Assembly (NCBI GenBank): GCA_964016885.1
Contig: OZ024746.1
Span: 67,642,001 to 67,706,000, forward strand
From: Eledone cirrhosa
Lineage: Eukaryota
Reading direction: 5' to 3'
Length of the DNA: 64,000 bases
Shown here: positions 1 to 15,001 of the stretch, piece by piece
Layout: every line of letters starts with the position of its first letter
Position numbering within the stretch: the first letter of the stretch is position 1
Notes under the pieces: generated by a model
The model's input: the letters and a program-made list of their open reading frames with translations, nothing else
What the model was told of the DNA's origin: nothing
Databases searched by the model: none
Made by a program: the position numbers and the translations under genes

Positions 1-3000
1 CTCCATCTCTACCATATCCTTATATCATCTAGCACATACGTAACAACCCAACCACAGCCTCTCCATCTCTACCAGATCCTTATATCATCTACCACATACG
101 TAACAACCCAACCACAGTCCCTCCATATCTACCACATCCTTATATCATCTACCACATACGTAACAACCCAACCACAGTCCTTCCATCTCTACCATATCCT
201 TATATCATCTACCACATACGTAACAACCCAACCACAGTCCCTCCATCTCTACCACATCCTTATATCATCTACCACATACGTAACAACCCAACCACAGTCC
301 TTCCATCTCTAACATATCCTTATATCATCTACCACATACGTAACAACCCAACCACAGTCCCTCCATCTCTACCATATCCTTACATCATCTACAAACATAC
401 GTAACAACCCAACCACTGTCCCTCCATCTCTACCACTTCTTTATATCATCTACCACATACGTAACAACCCAACCACAGTCCCTCCATCTCTACCATATCC
501 TTATATCATCTACCACATACGTAACAACCCAACCACAGTCCCTCCATCTCTACCACATCCTTATATCATCTACCACATACGTAACAACCCAACCACAGTC
601 CCTCCATCTCTACCACATCCTTACATCTTCTACCACATACGTAACAACCCAACCACAGTCCCTCCATCTCTACCATATCCTTATATCATCTACCACATAC
701 GTAACAACCCAACCACAGTCCCTCCATCTCTACCATATCCTTGCATCATCTACCACGCACGTAACAACCCAACCACAGTCCCTCCATCTCTACCACCCAC
801 GTAACAACCCAACCACAGTCGCTCCATCTATACCACATCCTTATATCATCTACCACACACGTAACAACCCAACCACAGTCCTTCCATCTCTACCACATCC
901 TTATATCATCTACCACATACGTATCAACCCAACCACAGTCCCTCCATCTCTACCACATTCTTACATCATCTACCACATACGTAACAACCCAACCACAGTT
1001 CCTCCATCTCTACCACATCCTTACATCTTCTACCACATACGTAACAACCCAACCACAGTCCCTCCATCTCTACCACATCATTATATCATCTACCACATAC
1101 GTAACAACCCAACCACAGTTCCTCCATCTCTACCACATCCTTACATCTTCTACCACATACGTAACAACCCAACCACAGTCCCTCCATCTCTACCACATCC
1201 TTATATCATCTACCACATACGTAACAACCCAACCACAGTCCCTCCATCTCTACCACATCCTTATATCATCTACCACATACGTAACAACCCAACCACAGCC
1301 CTTCCATCTCTACCATATCCTTATATCATCTACCACATACGTAACACCCAACCACAGTCCTTCCATCTCTACCATATCCTTACATCATCTACCACATACG
1401 TAACAACCCAACCACAGTCCCTCCATCTCTACCACATCCTTACATCATCTACCACTTGCGTAACAACCCAACCACAGTCCCTCCATCTCTACCACATCCT
1501 TATATCATCTACCACATACGTAACAACCCAACCACAGTCCTTCCATCTCTACCATATCCTTACATCATCTACCACATGCGTAACAACCCAACCAAAATCC
1601 CTCTATCTCTACCACATCCTTATATCATCTACCACATACGTAACAACCCAACCACAGTCCCTCCATATCTACCACATCCTTATATCATCTACCACATACG
1701 TAACAACCCAACCACAGTCCTTCCATCTCTACCATATCCTTATATCATCTACCACATACGTAACAACCCAACCACAGTCCCTCCATCTCTACCACATCCT
1801 TATATCATCTACCACATACGTAACAACCCAACCACAGTCCTTCCATCTCTAACATATCCTTATATCATCTACCACATACGTAACAACCCAACCACAGTCC
1901 CTCCATCTCTACCATATACTTGCATCATCTACCACATACGTAACAACCCAACCACAGTCCCTCCATCTCTACCATATACTTGCATCATCTACCACATACG
2001 TAACAACCCAACGACAGCCCCTCCATCTCTACCACATCCTTACATCTTCTACCACATACGTAACAACCCAACCACAGTCCCTCCATCTCTACCATATACT
2101 TGCATCATCTACCACATACGTAACAACCCAACCACAGTCCCTCCATCTCTACCATATACTTGCATCATCTACCACACACGTAACAACCCAACCACAGCCG
2201 CTCCATCTCTACCACATCTTTACATCATCTACCACATACGTAACAACCCAACCACAGCCCCTCCATCTCTACCACATCCTTACATCTTCTACCACATACG
2301 TAACAACCCAACCACAGTCCCTCCATCTCTACCACATCCTTATATCATCTACCACATACGTAACAACCCAACCACAGTCCATCCATCTCTACCATATCCT
2401 TATATCATCTACCACATACGTAACAACCCAACCACAGACCCTCCATCTCTACCATATCCTTGCATCATCTACCACATACGTAACAACCCAACCACAGTCC
2501 CTCCATCTCTACCATATCCTTGCATCATCTACCACACACGTAACAACCCAACCACAGTCCCTCCATCTCTACCACATCCTAACATCATCTACCATATACC
2601 TAACAACCCAACCACAGTCCTTCCATCTCTACCATATCCTTATATTATCTACCACATACGTAACAACCCAACCACAGTCCCTCCATCTCTACCATATCCT
2701 TATATCATCTACCACATACGTAACAACCCAACCACAGCCCCTCCATCTCTACCATATCCTTACATTATCTACCACATACGTAACAACCCAACCACAGTCC
2801 CTCCATCTCTACCACATCCTTATATCATCTACCACACACGTAACAACCCAACCACAGCCCCTCCATCTCTACCACATCCTTATATCATCTACCACATACG
2901 TAACAACCCAGCCACAGTCCCTCCATCTCTACCATATCCTTATATCATCTACCACATACGTAACAACCCAACCACAGTCCCTCCATCTCTACCATATCCT

Positions 3001-6000
3001 TGCATCATCTACCACACACGTAACAACCAAACCACAGCCCCTCCATCTCTACCATATCCTTACATCATCTACCACATACGTAACAACCCAACCACAGTCC
3101 CTCCATCTCTACCATATCCTTATATCATCTACCACATACGTAACAACCCAACCACAGTCCCTCCATCTCTACCACACACGTAACAACCCAAACACAGCCC
3201 CTCCATCTCTACCATATCCTTATATTATCTACCACATACGTAACAACCCAACCACAGTCCCTCCATCTCTACCATATCCTTATATCATCTACCACATACG
3301 TAACAACCCAACCACAGTCCCTCCATCTCTACCATATCCTTGCATCATCTACCACACACGTAGCAACCCAACCACAGTCCCTCCATCTCTACCACATCCT
3401 AACATCATCTACCATATACCTAACAACCCAACCACAGTCCTTCCATCTCTACCACATCCTTACATCATCTACCACATACGTAACAACCCAACCACAGTCC
3501 CTCCATCTCTACCATATCCTTATATCATCTACCACATACGTAACAACCCAACTACAGCCCCTCCATCTCTACCATATCCTTACATTATCTACCACATACG
3601 TAACAACCCAACCACAGTCCCTCCATCTCTACCACATCCTTATATCATCTACCACACACGTAACAACCCAACCACAGCCCCTCCATCTCTACCACATCCT
3701 TATATCATCTACCACATACGTAACAACCCAACCACAGTCCCTCCATCTCTACCATATCCTTATATCATCTACCACATACGTAACAACCCAACCACAGTCC
3801 CTCCATCTCTACCATATCCTTGCATCATCTACCACACACGTAACAACCAAACCACAGCCCCTCCATCTCTACCATATCCTTACATCATCTACCACATACG
3901 TAACAACCCAACCACAGTCCCTCCATCTCTACCATATCCTTATATCATCTACCACATACGTAACAACCCAACCACAGTCCCTCCATCTCTACCACACACG
4001 TAACAACCCAAACACAGCCCCTCCATCTCTACCATATCCTTATATTATCTACCACATACGTAACAACCCAACCACAGTCCCTCCATCTCTACCATATCCT
4101 TATATCATCTACCACATACGTAACAACCCAACCACAGTCCCTCCATCTCTACCACACACGTAACAACCCAAACACAGCCCCTCCATCGCTACCATATCCT
4201 TATATTATCTACCACATACGTAACAACCCAACCACAGCCCCTCCATCTCTACCATATACTTGCATCATCTACCACACACGTAACAACCCAACACAGCCCC
4301 TCCATCTCTACCATATCCTTATATCATCTACCACATATGTAACAACCCAACCACAGCCCCTCCATCTCTACCACATCCTTACATCTTCTACCACATACGT
4401 AACAACCCAACCACAGTCCTTCCATCTCTACCACATCCTTAAATCATCTACCACATACGTAACAACCCAACCACAGCCCCTCCATCTCTACCATATCCTT
4501 ACATCATCTACCACATACGTAACAACCCAACCACAGTCCCTCCATCTCTACCATATCCTTGCATCATCTACCACATACGTAACAACCCAACCACAGTCCA
4601 TCCATCTCTACCATATACTTACATCATCTACCACATACGTAACAACCCAACCACAGTCCTTCCATCTCTACCACATCCTTACATCTTCTACCATATACCT
4701 AACAACCCAACCACAGTCCCTCCATCTCTACCACATCTTTATATCATCTACCACATACGTAACAACCCAACCACAGTCCCTCCATCTCTACCATATCCTT
4801 ATATCATCTACCACATACGTAACAACCCAACCACAGTCCCTCCATCTCTACCATATCCTTGCATCATCTACCACATACGTAACAACCCAACCACAGTCCC
4901 TCCATCTCTACCATATCCTTGCATCATCTACCACATACGTAACAACCCAACCACAGCCCCTCCATCTCTACCAGATCATTATATCATCTACCACATACGT
5001 AACAACCCAACCACGGTCCCTCCATCTCTACCATATCCTTGCATCATCTACCACATACGTAACAACCCAACCACAGCCCCTCCATCTCTACCACATCCTT
5101 ATATCATCTACCACATACGTAACAACCCAACCACAGTCCCTTCATCTCTACCATATCCTTGCATCATCTACCACATACGTAACAACCCAACCACAGCCCC
5201 TCCATCTCTACCACATCTTTATATCATCTACCACATACGTAACAACCCAACCACAGTCCCTCCATCTCTACCACATCCTTGCATCATCTACTACATACGT
5301 AACAACCCAACCACAGTCCCTCCATCTCTACCATATCCTTGCATCATCTACCACATACGTAACAGCCCAACCACAGCCCCTCCATCTCTACCATATCCTT
5401 ATATCATCTACCACACACGTAACAACCCAACCACAGCCCCTCCATCTCTACCACATCCTTATATCATCTACCACATACGTAACAACCCAACCACAGTCCC
5501 TCCATCTCTACCACATCCTTATATTATCTACCACATACGTAACAGCCCAACCACAGTCCCTCCATCTCTACCACATCCTTATATCATCTACCACATACGT
5601 AACAACCCAACCACAGTCCCTCCATCTCTACCACATCTTTATATCATCTACCACATACGTAACAACCCAACCACAGTCCCTCCATCTCTACCACATCCTT
5701 ATATCATCTACCACATACGTAACAACCCAACCACAGTCCCTCCATCTCTACCACATCCTTATATCATCTACCACATACGTAACAACCCAACCACAGTCCC
5801 TCCATCTCTACCACATCCTTATATCATCTACCACATACGTAACAACCCAACCACAGTCCCTCCATCTCTACCACATCCTTACATCATCTACCACATACGT
5901 AACAACCCAACCACAGTCCTTCCATCTCTACCATATCCTTGCATCATCTACCACATACGTAACAACCCAACCACAGCCCCTCCATCTCTACCAGATCCTT

Positions 6001-9000
6001 ATATCATCTACCACATACGTAACAACCCAACCACAGTCCCTCCATCTCTACCATATCCTTATATCATCTACCACATACGTAACAACCCAACCACAGTCCC
6101 TCCATCTCTACCATATCCTTGCATCATCTACCACATACGTAACAACCCAACCACAGTCCCTCCATCTCTACCATATCCTTATATCATCTACCACATACGT
6201 AACAACCCAACCACAGTCCCTCCATCTCTACCATATCCTTGCATCATCTACCACATACGTAACAACCCAACCACAGTCCCTCCATCTCTACCACATCCTT
6301 ATATCATCTACCACATACGTAACAACCCTACCACAGTCCCTCCATCACTACCAGATCCTTATATCATCTACCACATACGTAACAACCCAACCACAGTCCC
6401 TCCATCTCTACCACATCCTTATATCATCTACCACATACGTAACAACCCAACCACAGTCCCTCCATCTCTACCACATCCTTATATCATCTACCACATACGT
6501 AACAACCCAACCACAGCCCCTCCATCTCTACCAGATCCTTATATCATCTACCACATACGTAACAACCCAACCACAGTCCCTCCATCTCTACCACATCCTT
6601 ACATCATCTACCACATACGTAACAACCCAACCACAGTCCCTCCATCTCTACCATATCCTTGCATCATCTACCACATACGTAACAACCCAACCACAGCCCC
6701 TCCATATCTACCAGATCCTTATATCATCTACCACATACGTAACAACCCAACCACAGTCCCTCCATCTCTACCATATACTTGCATCATCTACCACATACGT
6801 AACAACCCAACCACAGTCCCTCCATCTCTACCATATCCTTGCATCGTCTACAACATACGTAACAACCCAACCACAGTCCCTCCATCTCTACCACATCCTT
6901 ATATCATCTACCACATACGTAACAACCCAACCACAGTCCCTCCATCTCTACCATATCCTTACATCATCTACCATATACCTAACAACCCAACCACAGCCCC
7001 TGCATCTCTACCACATCCTAACATCATCTACCACATACGTAACAACCCAACCACAGTCCCTCCATCTCTACCATATCCTTGCATCATCTACCACATACGT
7101 AACAACCCAACCACAGTCCCTCCATCTCTACCATATCCTTGCATCATCTACCACATGCGTAACAACCCAACCACAGCCCCTCCATCTCTACCATATCCTT
7201 GCATCATCTACCACATACGTAACAACCCAACCACAGTCCCTCCATCTCTACCATATCCTTATATCATCTACCACATACGTAACAACCCAACCACAGTCCT
7301 TCCATCTCTACCATATCCTTATATCATCTACCACATACGTAACAATAAAACCACAGTCCCTCCATCTCTACCATATCCTTATATCATCTAGCACATACGT
7401 AACAACCCAACCACAGCCTCTCCATCTCTACCAGATCCTTATATCATCTACCACATACGTAACAACCCAACCACAGTCCCTCCATATCTACCACATCCTT
7501 ATATCATCTACCACATACGTAACAACCCAACCACAGTCCTTCCATCTCTACCATATCCTTATATCATCTACCACATACGTAACAACCCAACCACAGTCCC
7601 TCCATCTCTACCACATCCTTATATCATCTACCACATACGTAACAAACCAACCACAGTCCTTCCATCTCTAACATATCCTTATATCATCTACCACATACGT
7701 AACAACCCAACCACAGTCCCTCCATCTCTACCATATCCTTACATCATCTACAAACATACGTAACAACCCAACCACTGTCCCTCCATCTCTACCACTTCTT
7801 TATATCATCTACCACATACGTAACAACCCAACCACAGTCCCTCCATCTCTACCATATCCTTATATCATCTACCACATACGTAACAACCCAACCACAGTCC
7901 CTCCATCTCTACCACATCCTTATATCATCTACCACATACGTAACAACCCAACCACAGTCCCTCCATCTCTACCACATCCTTACATCTTCTACCACATACG
8001 TAACAACCCAACCACAGTCCCTCCATCTCTACCATATCCTTATATCATCTACCACATACGTAACAACCCAACCACAGTCCCTCCATCTCTACCATATCCT
8101 TGCATCATCTACCACACACGTAACAACCCAACCACAGTCCCTCCATCTCTACCACACACGTAACAACCCAACCACAGTCGCTCCATCTATACCACATCCT
8201 TATATCATCTACCACACACGTAACAACCCAACCACAGTCCTTCCATCTCTACCACATCCTTATATCATCTACCACATACGTATCAACCCAACCACAGTCC
8301 CTCCATCTCTACCACATTCTTACATCATCTACCACATACGTAACAACCCAACCACAGTTCCTCCATCTCTACCACATCCTTACATCTTCTACCACATACG
8401 TAACAACCCAACCACAGTCCCTCCATCTCTACCACATCATTATATCATCTACCACATACGTAACAACCCAACCACAGTTCCTCCATCTCTACCACATCCT
8501 TACATCTTCTACCACATACGTAACAACCCAACCACAGTCCCTCCATCTCTACCACATCCTTATATCATCTACCACATACGTAACAACCCAACCACAGTCC
8601 CTCCATCTCTACCACATCCTTATATCATCTACCACATACGTAACAACCCAACCACAGCCCCTCCATCTCTACCATATCCTTTTATCATCTACCACATACG
8701 TAACACCCAACCACAGTCCTTCCATCTCTACCATATCCTTACATCATCTACCACATACGTAACAACCCAACCACAGTCCCTCCATCTCTACCACATCCTT
8801 ACATCATCTACCACTTGCGTAACAACCCAACCACAGTCCCTCCATCTCTACCACATCCTTATATCATCTACCACATACGTAACAACCCAACCACAGTCCT
8901 TCCATCTCTACCATATCCTTACATCATCTACCACATGCGTAACAACCCAACCACAGTCCCTCCATCTCTACCACATACGTAACAACCCAACCACAGTCCC

Positions 9001-9235
9001 TCCATCTCTACCACATCCTTATATCATCTACCACATACATAACAATCCAACCACAGTGCTTCCATCTCTACCACATCCTTATATGATCTACCACATACAT
9101 AACAACCCAACCAAAATCCCTCTATCTCTACCACATCCTTGCATCATCTACCACCTACATAACCACCCACCTACCCACCATCCCTCCATCTCTTCCATAT
9201 CCTTACATCATCTACAGCATACATAACCATCCTAT
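1..9235. repeat. 60-bp tandem satellite array (about 150 monomers, runs off the left edge of the window)
   Basis: Consensus ctccatctctaccacatcct-tatatcatctaccacatacg-taacaacccaaccacagtcc repeated head to tail. Occasional 40-bp monomers and 1-bp indels. Monomers degenerate after about 9030. Confidence 0.99.
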
Positions 9236-9344
9236 AGATACACTCATCGCTACTTCTTTATTAATATCACAATTACATTCTTAACCACAAGCACAACTCT
9301 TCGCTAATTTCTTCCTCACATACACACAAACTAACCTTGATAAA

Positions 9345-9775
9345 AATAATTGTTTCTACTTTTGGCACAAGGCCAGCAATTTTCCAGTACATTACTGGTA
9401 CTTTATTTTATCGACCCCGTATGGATGAAAGGCAAAGTTTACCTCGGCGGGATTTGAACTCAGATCGTAAAGGGACGTATCTATGCTGGAAAGCATGTCC
9501 GACCCTCTACCGATACTGCCAATTCACCGCCCTTTGATAAAAATAATGGTAATAATAGTTGTTTCTACTTTTGGCACAAGGCCAGCACTTATTCCAGCGC
9601 ATTACTGTTACTTTATTTTATCGACCCCGTAAGGGTGAAAGGCAAAGTTAACCTCGGCGGGATTTGAACTCAGACCGTAAGGGGCCGTAACTCTACGCCG
9701 TAAAGCATGGCGTATGATAACAACAACAACAACAATAATAATTGTTTCTACGTTAGGCACAAGCAATAATAATAA
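9345..9775 (-). mobile_element. Cluster of tRNA-derived SINE copies (family A; two near-complete copies plus a fragment)
   Basis: Minus strand shows A-box-like TGGCAGTATCGG, B-box GAGTTCAAATCC, body GCCTTTCATCC..GGGGTCGATAAAATAAAGTACCAG and tail AGTAGAAACAATTATT. The same sequence recurs many times in the window. Confidence 0.88.
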
Positions 9776-10306
9776 TGATGATTTCTACTATAGAAAATCG
9801 ACCCCAGTGCATTACAGCTATTTTATGTTATCATGATGAAGGTGATGATGATAAAGATGATGACAAGATGCTTATGATGATGACGATTGCGGTGAGAATG
9901 GGGATGTTAATGTTGGGGGAAGTTATTTGGCATGTTGAGGATGGTGTTGATGACATTGTTTACGATGAGGGTGATGGTGATGAAACGAAAATACAATCAC
10001 ATAGTTCTTTAATATTATCTGATAAATTTATTTGTGTTGATGTAATTTTATGGCTTCCATTGTTCGTTTGTTTTGATATTTTTTTGCTGTTCATTTTTTC
10101 GGCCATTTTGTATTTATGTTCTGTAGTATTCTTTTTTCTTTTTATTATACTAGACTGACGGTGGGCCACGGATGGGGTTATTATTATGTTAAAGCTTAGG
10201 TGGGAGGGTGACGAGATGAGAGGGACGGAAATGGTTTGTTTTTATTTTATGCTTTAGCTTCTTTTCGTTATTTGGTTTTATTTGTTTGCCCCAATCCTGA
10301 ACACCC

Positions 10307-10323
10307 ACCACCATCACCACCAA

Positions 10324-10361
<38 letters not shown>

Positions 10362-10472
10362 TCAACATATCTACTACATCTACCACCCTGCCATAACTAC
10401 TAACACTAATACTACCACTATCATTACCGCTACAACCACCACCACCGCCACCACCACCACTACCACTACCAC
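10307..10472. repeat. Compound (CAC)n/(TAC)n trinucleotide microsatellite
   Basis: Direct reading; explains the poly-Y/T/V pseudo-ORFs. Confidence 0.95.
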
Positions 10473-12089
10473 TTCACCGTATTTTCCTAGATTAGATATA
10501 TTGATATTCTATGTCTTTTTAATAACTTCTTATATAACTCCATCAAAATATTATTGCAAATTGAATTATGACACGCCTTGTTTTCTTTTCGATTTTATTT
10601 TTACTTCTTTTCAGTCTTTTTTATTGGAGTGGAGGGGTGCAATTTATTTATTTCATTTTGGCACTTAACAGAAGTTATCATTATTATCATTATTATTATT
10701 GTTATTAATATTGTTGTTGCTGTTGTATTTTTCATTTTCTTTCAGTTTTGTTTCCATTTCTTGTCGAATGTCTTCGCCACACATAGGGCAGGGAAATTCA
10801 CTGTATGCATTGGTAAGCCACAAAATAAACACACCAGATTGTTCACGTCACGCACTTTACACAGTTATAAGTACATCATTTGCTTTATAAATGTGCATAT
10901 CTGTTTAAAATCATATTTACAACAGAATGATATTCAATCATATAAATACTCAATTATTTGTAACTTTATAATTATGGAATATAATCTAATAAAGTTAAGT
11001 AAAAAAAATTACATAGATAGTGCTCTTCTCAATCTGTGTGCCGTGACAGTTAAAATAATGTTTTGCACCCCTGCCAGTAACACAAGCAGACCCCAAGGAG
11101 TCATTTTAGAAATTTAAGCAGTTCTGAAAATATCCCTCTTGTGGCTGGTTTACAGCCATCACTTTCTTTAATTGGTTTTGAAGAAAAACTTTCAGATCTT
11201 TCCATTATCTGGTCCCGCTATCACAATGTTAAAAAAGTTCCAGGGACGTAGGGACTCCATCAACAAGGGACAGAGCCAAAGAAACTGCTGCATTTGCACT
11301 GTGTTATCAGTTGGGTTTTATCTTGACAGATAAAGGGATAGCATCGATAATAGACCCCTGAGAAGCAAACAAAAGTGAGGGTAAAAAAATGGCTGTCGAA
11401 CACATTTTTTATTGTTGTTCCCACTTCAAAGTGGCTTGAGAAATATCAGGAGCTGTTCGATTCATTGGTTGTAACAGCAATTTTAATAACATAAACAAAT
11501 ACGCCCCAACTATTTTTAAAACACGAAAACAGACTTTAACAGACAGTAAGAAATTTTTCATCAGAGAAGACTTTAAGTATAAAAACTTTAGTTACACAAT
11601 AAATATATAAAAGAATATTTTTGAAGGCATGACTTTGAATAGGAAAAATACAATATGAACAGTACGAAGAGCAACGACAAAAACTATCAGCTTTTTCATA
11701 ATATGAATAATAAGGAAGACATTGATATGAAACAACAATGATGAAGGTGCAGAGGAGATATGTCGGGGAATGAACCTCACGAATGAAATGTGTCATGCGT
11801 GAGGAAGAGAAGTCTGCATGAATTCAAATTCCTGATAAAACCCGACGCCCGTAGGTATATCCCAGCGTTTTACCCTAAATAGGGATTAAAGGGGAAAACC
11901 AATGAAACTGGTGAAACCGGACAGCAGCTGTAGTAAATACACATAAATAGTAGCAATGACTACCAGAGATCCACATTCCCGGTTATTATAGGGTTAATTT
12001 CTATTTCCAACACTCACATTCAGGTTATTCCAATTTCCTGATTTTTATATTTGGATAATTACTGTATTTCTTTGAGAGAGATATTACCA

Positions 12090-12990
12090 TTTATGTGGAC
12101 TGAAACCTCGATTGGGAGGTTTGCCCATTCTCGGTAGTCTTTGACTGAAATATCTAGTCGATTGGCCATGATATCATGATTTGTATGTGTTGGTATATCC
12201 CAGAATATGATTGACTTGATATTCCTTGACATCTTTTCTGGTGAACGCCTGTATTATGTTGGTATTTCATAATACTGGCTTAAATTCCAAAGCATCTAAA
12301 TCCCAATTCTATCATGTATATGGATATATTCTTTCCTGACAAAGACTGAGTAGGTAGAGACATTTTAGTTAATGTGTTTCCCTATTCGCATGTATTCTAG
12401 AATTGTTTAATTATTCTAGTTCATTGTCTGCTTTTGATGGTTTCTAGTGGGATAGATTTTTACAGCAAACAAAACCCTTTCACTCTCGGCTTTGATTCAT
12501 GTATCTTTTAATCATTGCTGTAAATTTTCCTTGTGTACTTTCTCCCCGTTACGTTGTTTTTTTGTTTGTTTTCTTTTTCGATTATGAACCATATAAGTGT
12601 TTTTCTTGTCATCCTTTATTCATGTTTATAGCTTAAATTTGAGCCTTTTTCGCCAGTTCTATTATTATTTCCATTTTCTCTTCGTATCAACCCGTCATTT
12701 CAGCTTTTGTCTGATAATTGTTGGCTTCTTTGAAGAGAGAAAACAATAGTTTTTTTTAGTTTTTCTCCGTGATTCGTTGCTATTTATATTAGCTTTCCAT
12801 TATTCATTACTAGATAGTTTTAGAGTCAAACTGTGAATATGTTGTAATAATGTTCTAGTGGTATAATTATGGACTTTACCTCCTTGTATACATGGTAAAT
12901 ATAATCATTCTACATCAGATTGTGTGTGGTGTATTCTAAATGCATTAATTATTTTTCTTACTTATCTGACTCGTCTTCCTAGTTTGTTTA
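12090..12990 (-). mobile_element. Degenerate Dong/R4-type non-LTR retrotransposon 3' relic (post-RT region, zinc finger, restriction-like endonuclease)
   Basis: Minus-strand translation across stops and frameshifts: RIHHTQSDVE*LYLPCIQGG (HHPKxDVxRLYLPRxEGGRGL motif), KEYIHIHDRIG (RHD motif), IFWDIPTHTNHDIMANRLDISVKD (WDxPxxTDxxxxANRPDI motif). Confidence 0.8.
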
Positions 12991-13445
12991 GTGACCAATT
13001 ACGGATATTATCAGGGTAACCCATTCCTGAGACGGCTTTATAATAATCATCATCATCATCATCATCATCATTATTGTTGTTGTTGTTATAGTGCTTCTTC
13101 TTCTTCTAGTAATTACTATTATGGTTCACTGCGGTCAGAAAACTTGATTTCTGAAGCATCTTTCAGCCGTCTGAATTTAATCAGGCAAATAAATTGCAAT
13201 CCGGATTTCACAAACTGGAATCTCATCTTGATGCCTCTAGCAGCAGTTACAGCAATATTTCCGCTGCAGCTAGTGGTACTAGTGCTGATGGTCTGTGTAG
13301 TGGTGGTGGTGGGTGTGGCGATGCTGGTAGTGGTGTTTGTGGTCGTGGTGGTTATGTTGGTGGTGGTCATCGTCGGTCGTCGTCGTCGACATCGAGATGG
13401 TGGTAATGGTGTGTGTCATGATGATAGTAGTGGTCGTACTGCTTC

Positions 13446-13477
<32 letters not shown>

Positions 13478-13499
13478 TTTTGATTTGCTCATAGGAATT

Positions 13500-14486
13500 A
13501 GTCGACCTGAATGAAGATGTGAAATTGGGAATTGAATAAGATGATTTAACTAAACTCTGTTGATGAAATAAAAACAAAAAGAAACATAACTTTTCTTGCT
13601 TGAGTGAATTTATGTTGATGGCAAACATCGTTTCTTGATGTTGTCTGTACATTAATAACAACTATGTTATTCGGGGTGGAAACTGGTAGTTTGTTTGGTA
13701 TTGAGACATGTTGGTGTTTAAAAAGGATTTCTATTAAAATAGAAAGTATTTTACGTAATTAATAAGATACTGTATATTTTTCGTTTACCGTATGTGTGAG
13801 AAAGACAATTGCAGATAGGAAAAGGTTGACACACATATCTGTCTACATAATCTAGTAGTAGTTATACTTATTTTATGGCAATCCATTTGTAAAACCATAG
13901 ATACAATGTGAACAACAACAGTCTATGAAAATAGTGTCTAAGATGTTCATATAATCAAGGATTTGTCGTTATTAATCTGGTGTGCGGTTCTTAAATTAGG
14001 GTGGAATTCTTATAAAATTATGATGGAAGGTTTTAAAATAAAGATAAGCACTTTAGAATAAATGGTTTTGTATCATAGATCCAGGGGTGGTTTAAGACGG
14101 TTTGGTGTCTACAAGGTTAAACGAACTCCACTCTGGGGTCGGTCTAGGTTTTGTTCCGTCTCAATTTGTTTGGATTGATTTATAAGACTCTGGGACTCAG
14201 ACTGAAGCCACGTATTTCTACCAATTTCTCCCATTCGACACACGCAACCTCCCCTTACCCCTTCACGCGTATATACATATATATATATATATTTATATAT
14301 ATATATCTTTTTTTAACTTTCTTCTGTAACCTTCTCACACTACTCTTGCGTGTATCTGTTCTCACATTATCCGAACTTTCCTGAAGGATTTCCGTCCGAA
14401 ACGTTGAAACCTTCTCCACTTCCATTAAGCATGAACCTAATGTAACTGTGTAAACTTGCCTCCTATATTTTGTTTGTTTCGTTTAT

Positions 14487-14490
<4 letters not shown>
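13500..14490. mobile_element. Penelope-like element relic: inverted RT-region piece (-) joined to a 3' end/pLTR (+) ending at (TA)n
   Basis: Minus strand FHPNLRTAHQ resembles PLE RT xHPxLKFTxE. The plus strand from about 14100 has a pyrimidine-rich UTR and a hammerhead-like motif at 14377-14409, then (TA)n. Confidence 0.5.
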
Positions 14491-14547
<57 letters not shown>

Positions 14548-14551
<4 letters not shown>

Positions 14552-14673
14552 AGTCAGGTCAGTACACTAACAGCTGAACTCCGGCCATTTCAACAGCTAG
14601 ATGCGAACTGTGGCGTTACCCGTGCTCTGACGTGTTATGGTCCACCTGGTATCTTACCACACTTTCTTTGTTA

Positions 14674-14675
<2 letters not shown>
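14548..14675. mobile_element. Small internally inverted fragment of the family-F (hammerhead-associated) repeat between two (TA)n tracts
   Basis: Shares ctagctgttgaaa(c/t)ggccggagttcagc and gttatggtccacctggtatcttaccacac with 31361-31531, 61821-61953 and 62128-62299. Confidence 0.7.
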
Positions 14676-14734
<59 letters not shown>

Positions 14735-14881
14735 TATTTTCCGTTGTGTTGTAATATAAATATTACACACAGTAGATTATCAGCTCACGTAGAGTTTGCT
14801 CGACGGTTCCAGTTGTAGTTCCAAAAGTAATCCGGAGAAAAATAGAAAGATTTGAATGGATACAGTTTAGTTGAAAGGAAT

Positions 14882-15001
14882 TTATTGACACGTGTTTCTA
14901 TAACAGTTACATAACCTAAAACAGCTGCTATCTACAAACTTTTAGTTATGCAGACATTCAATATTTCAATGTTATTATTTACTGTCATTTCATCAGAATA
15001 A
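14882..15001 (-). ncRNA. Hammerhead ribozyme motif (family B, left-arm copy)
   Basis: Reverse complement of the 18557-18676 motif. Confidence 0.75.

Noticed and set aside
1456-3183. 575-aa Pro/His/Tyr-rich repeat ORF (and 7155-7391)
   Set aside because: By-product of a stop-free frame in a 60-bp satellite. The array has 1-bp indels and 40-bp monomers that break frame, starts at a TTG/ATG monomer variant, and has no signal peptide or unique flanking coding sequence.
1-9235. CRISPR-like regular repeat array
   Set aside because: No unique spacers, eukaryotic context, no cas genes.
9775-13661. Low-complexity ORFs (poly-D/V/T/H/Y)
   Set aside because: Translations of trinucleotide microsatellites.
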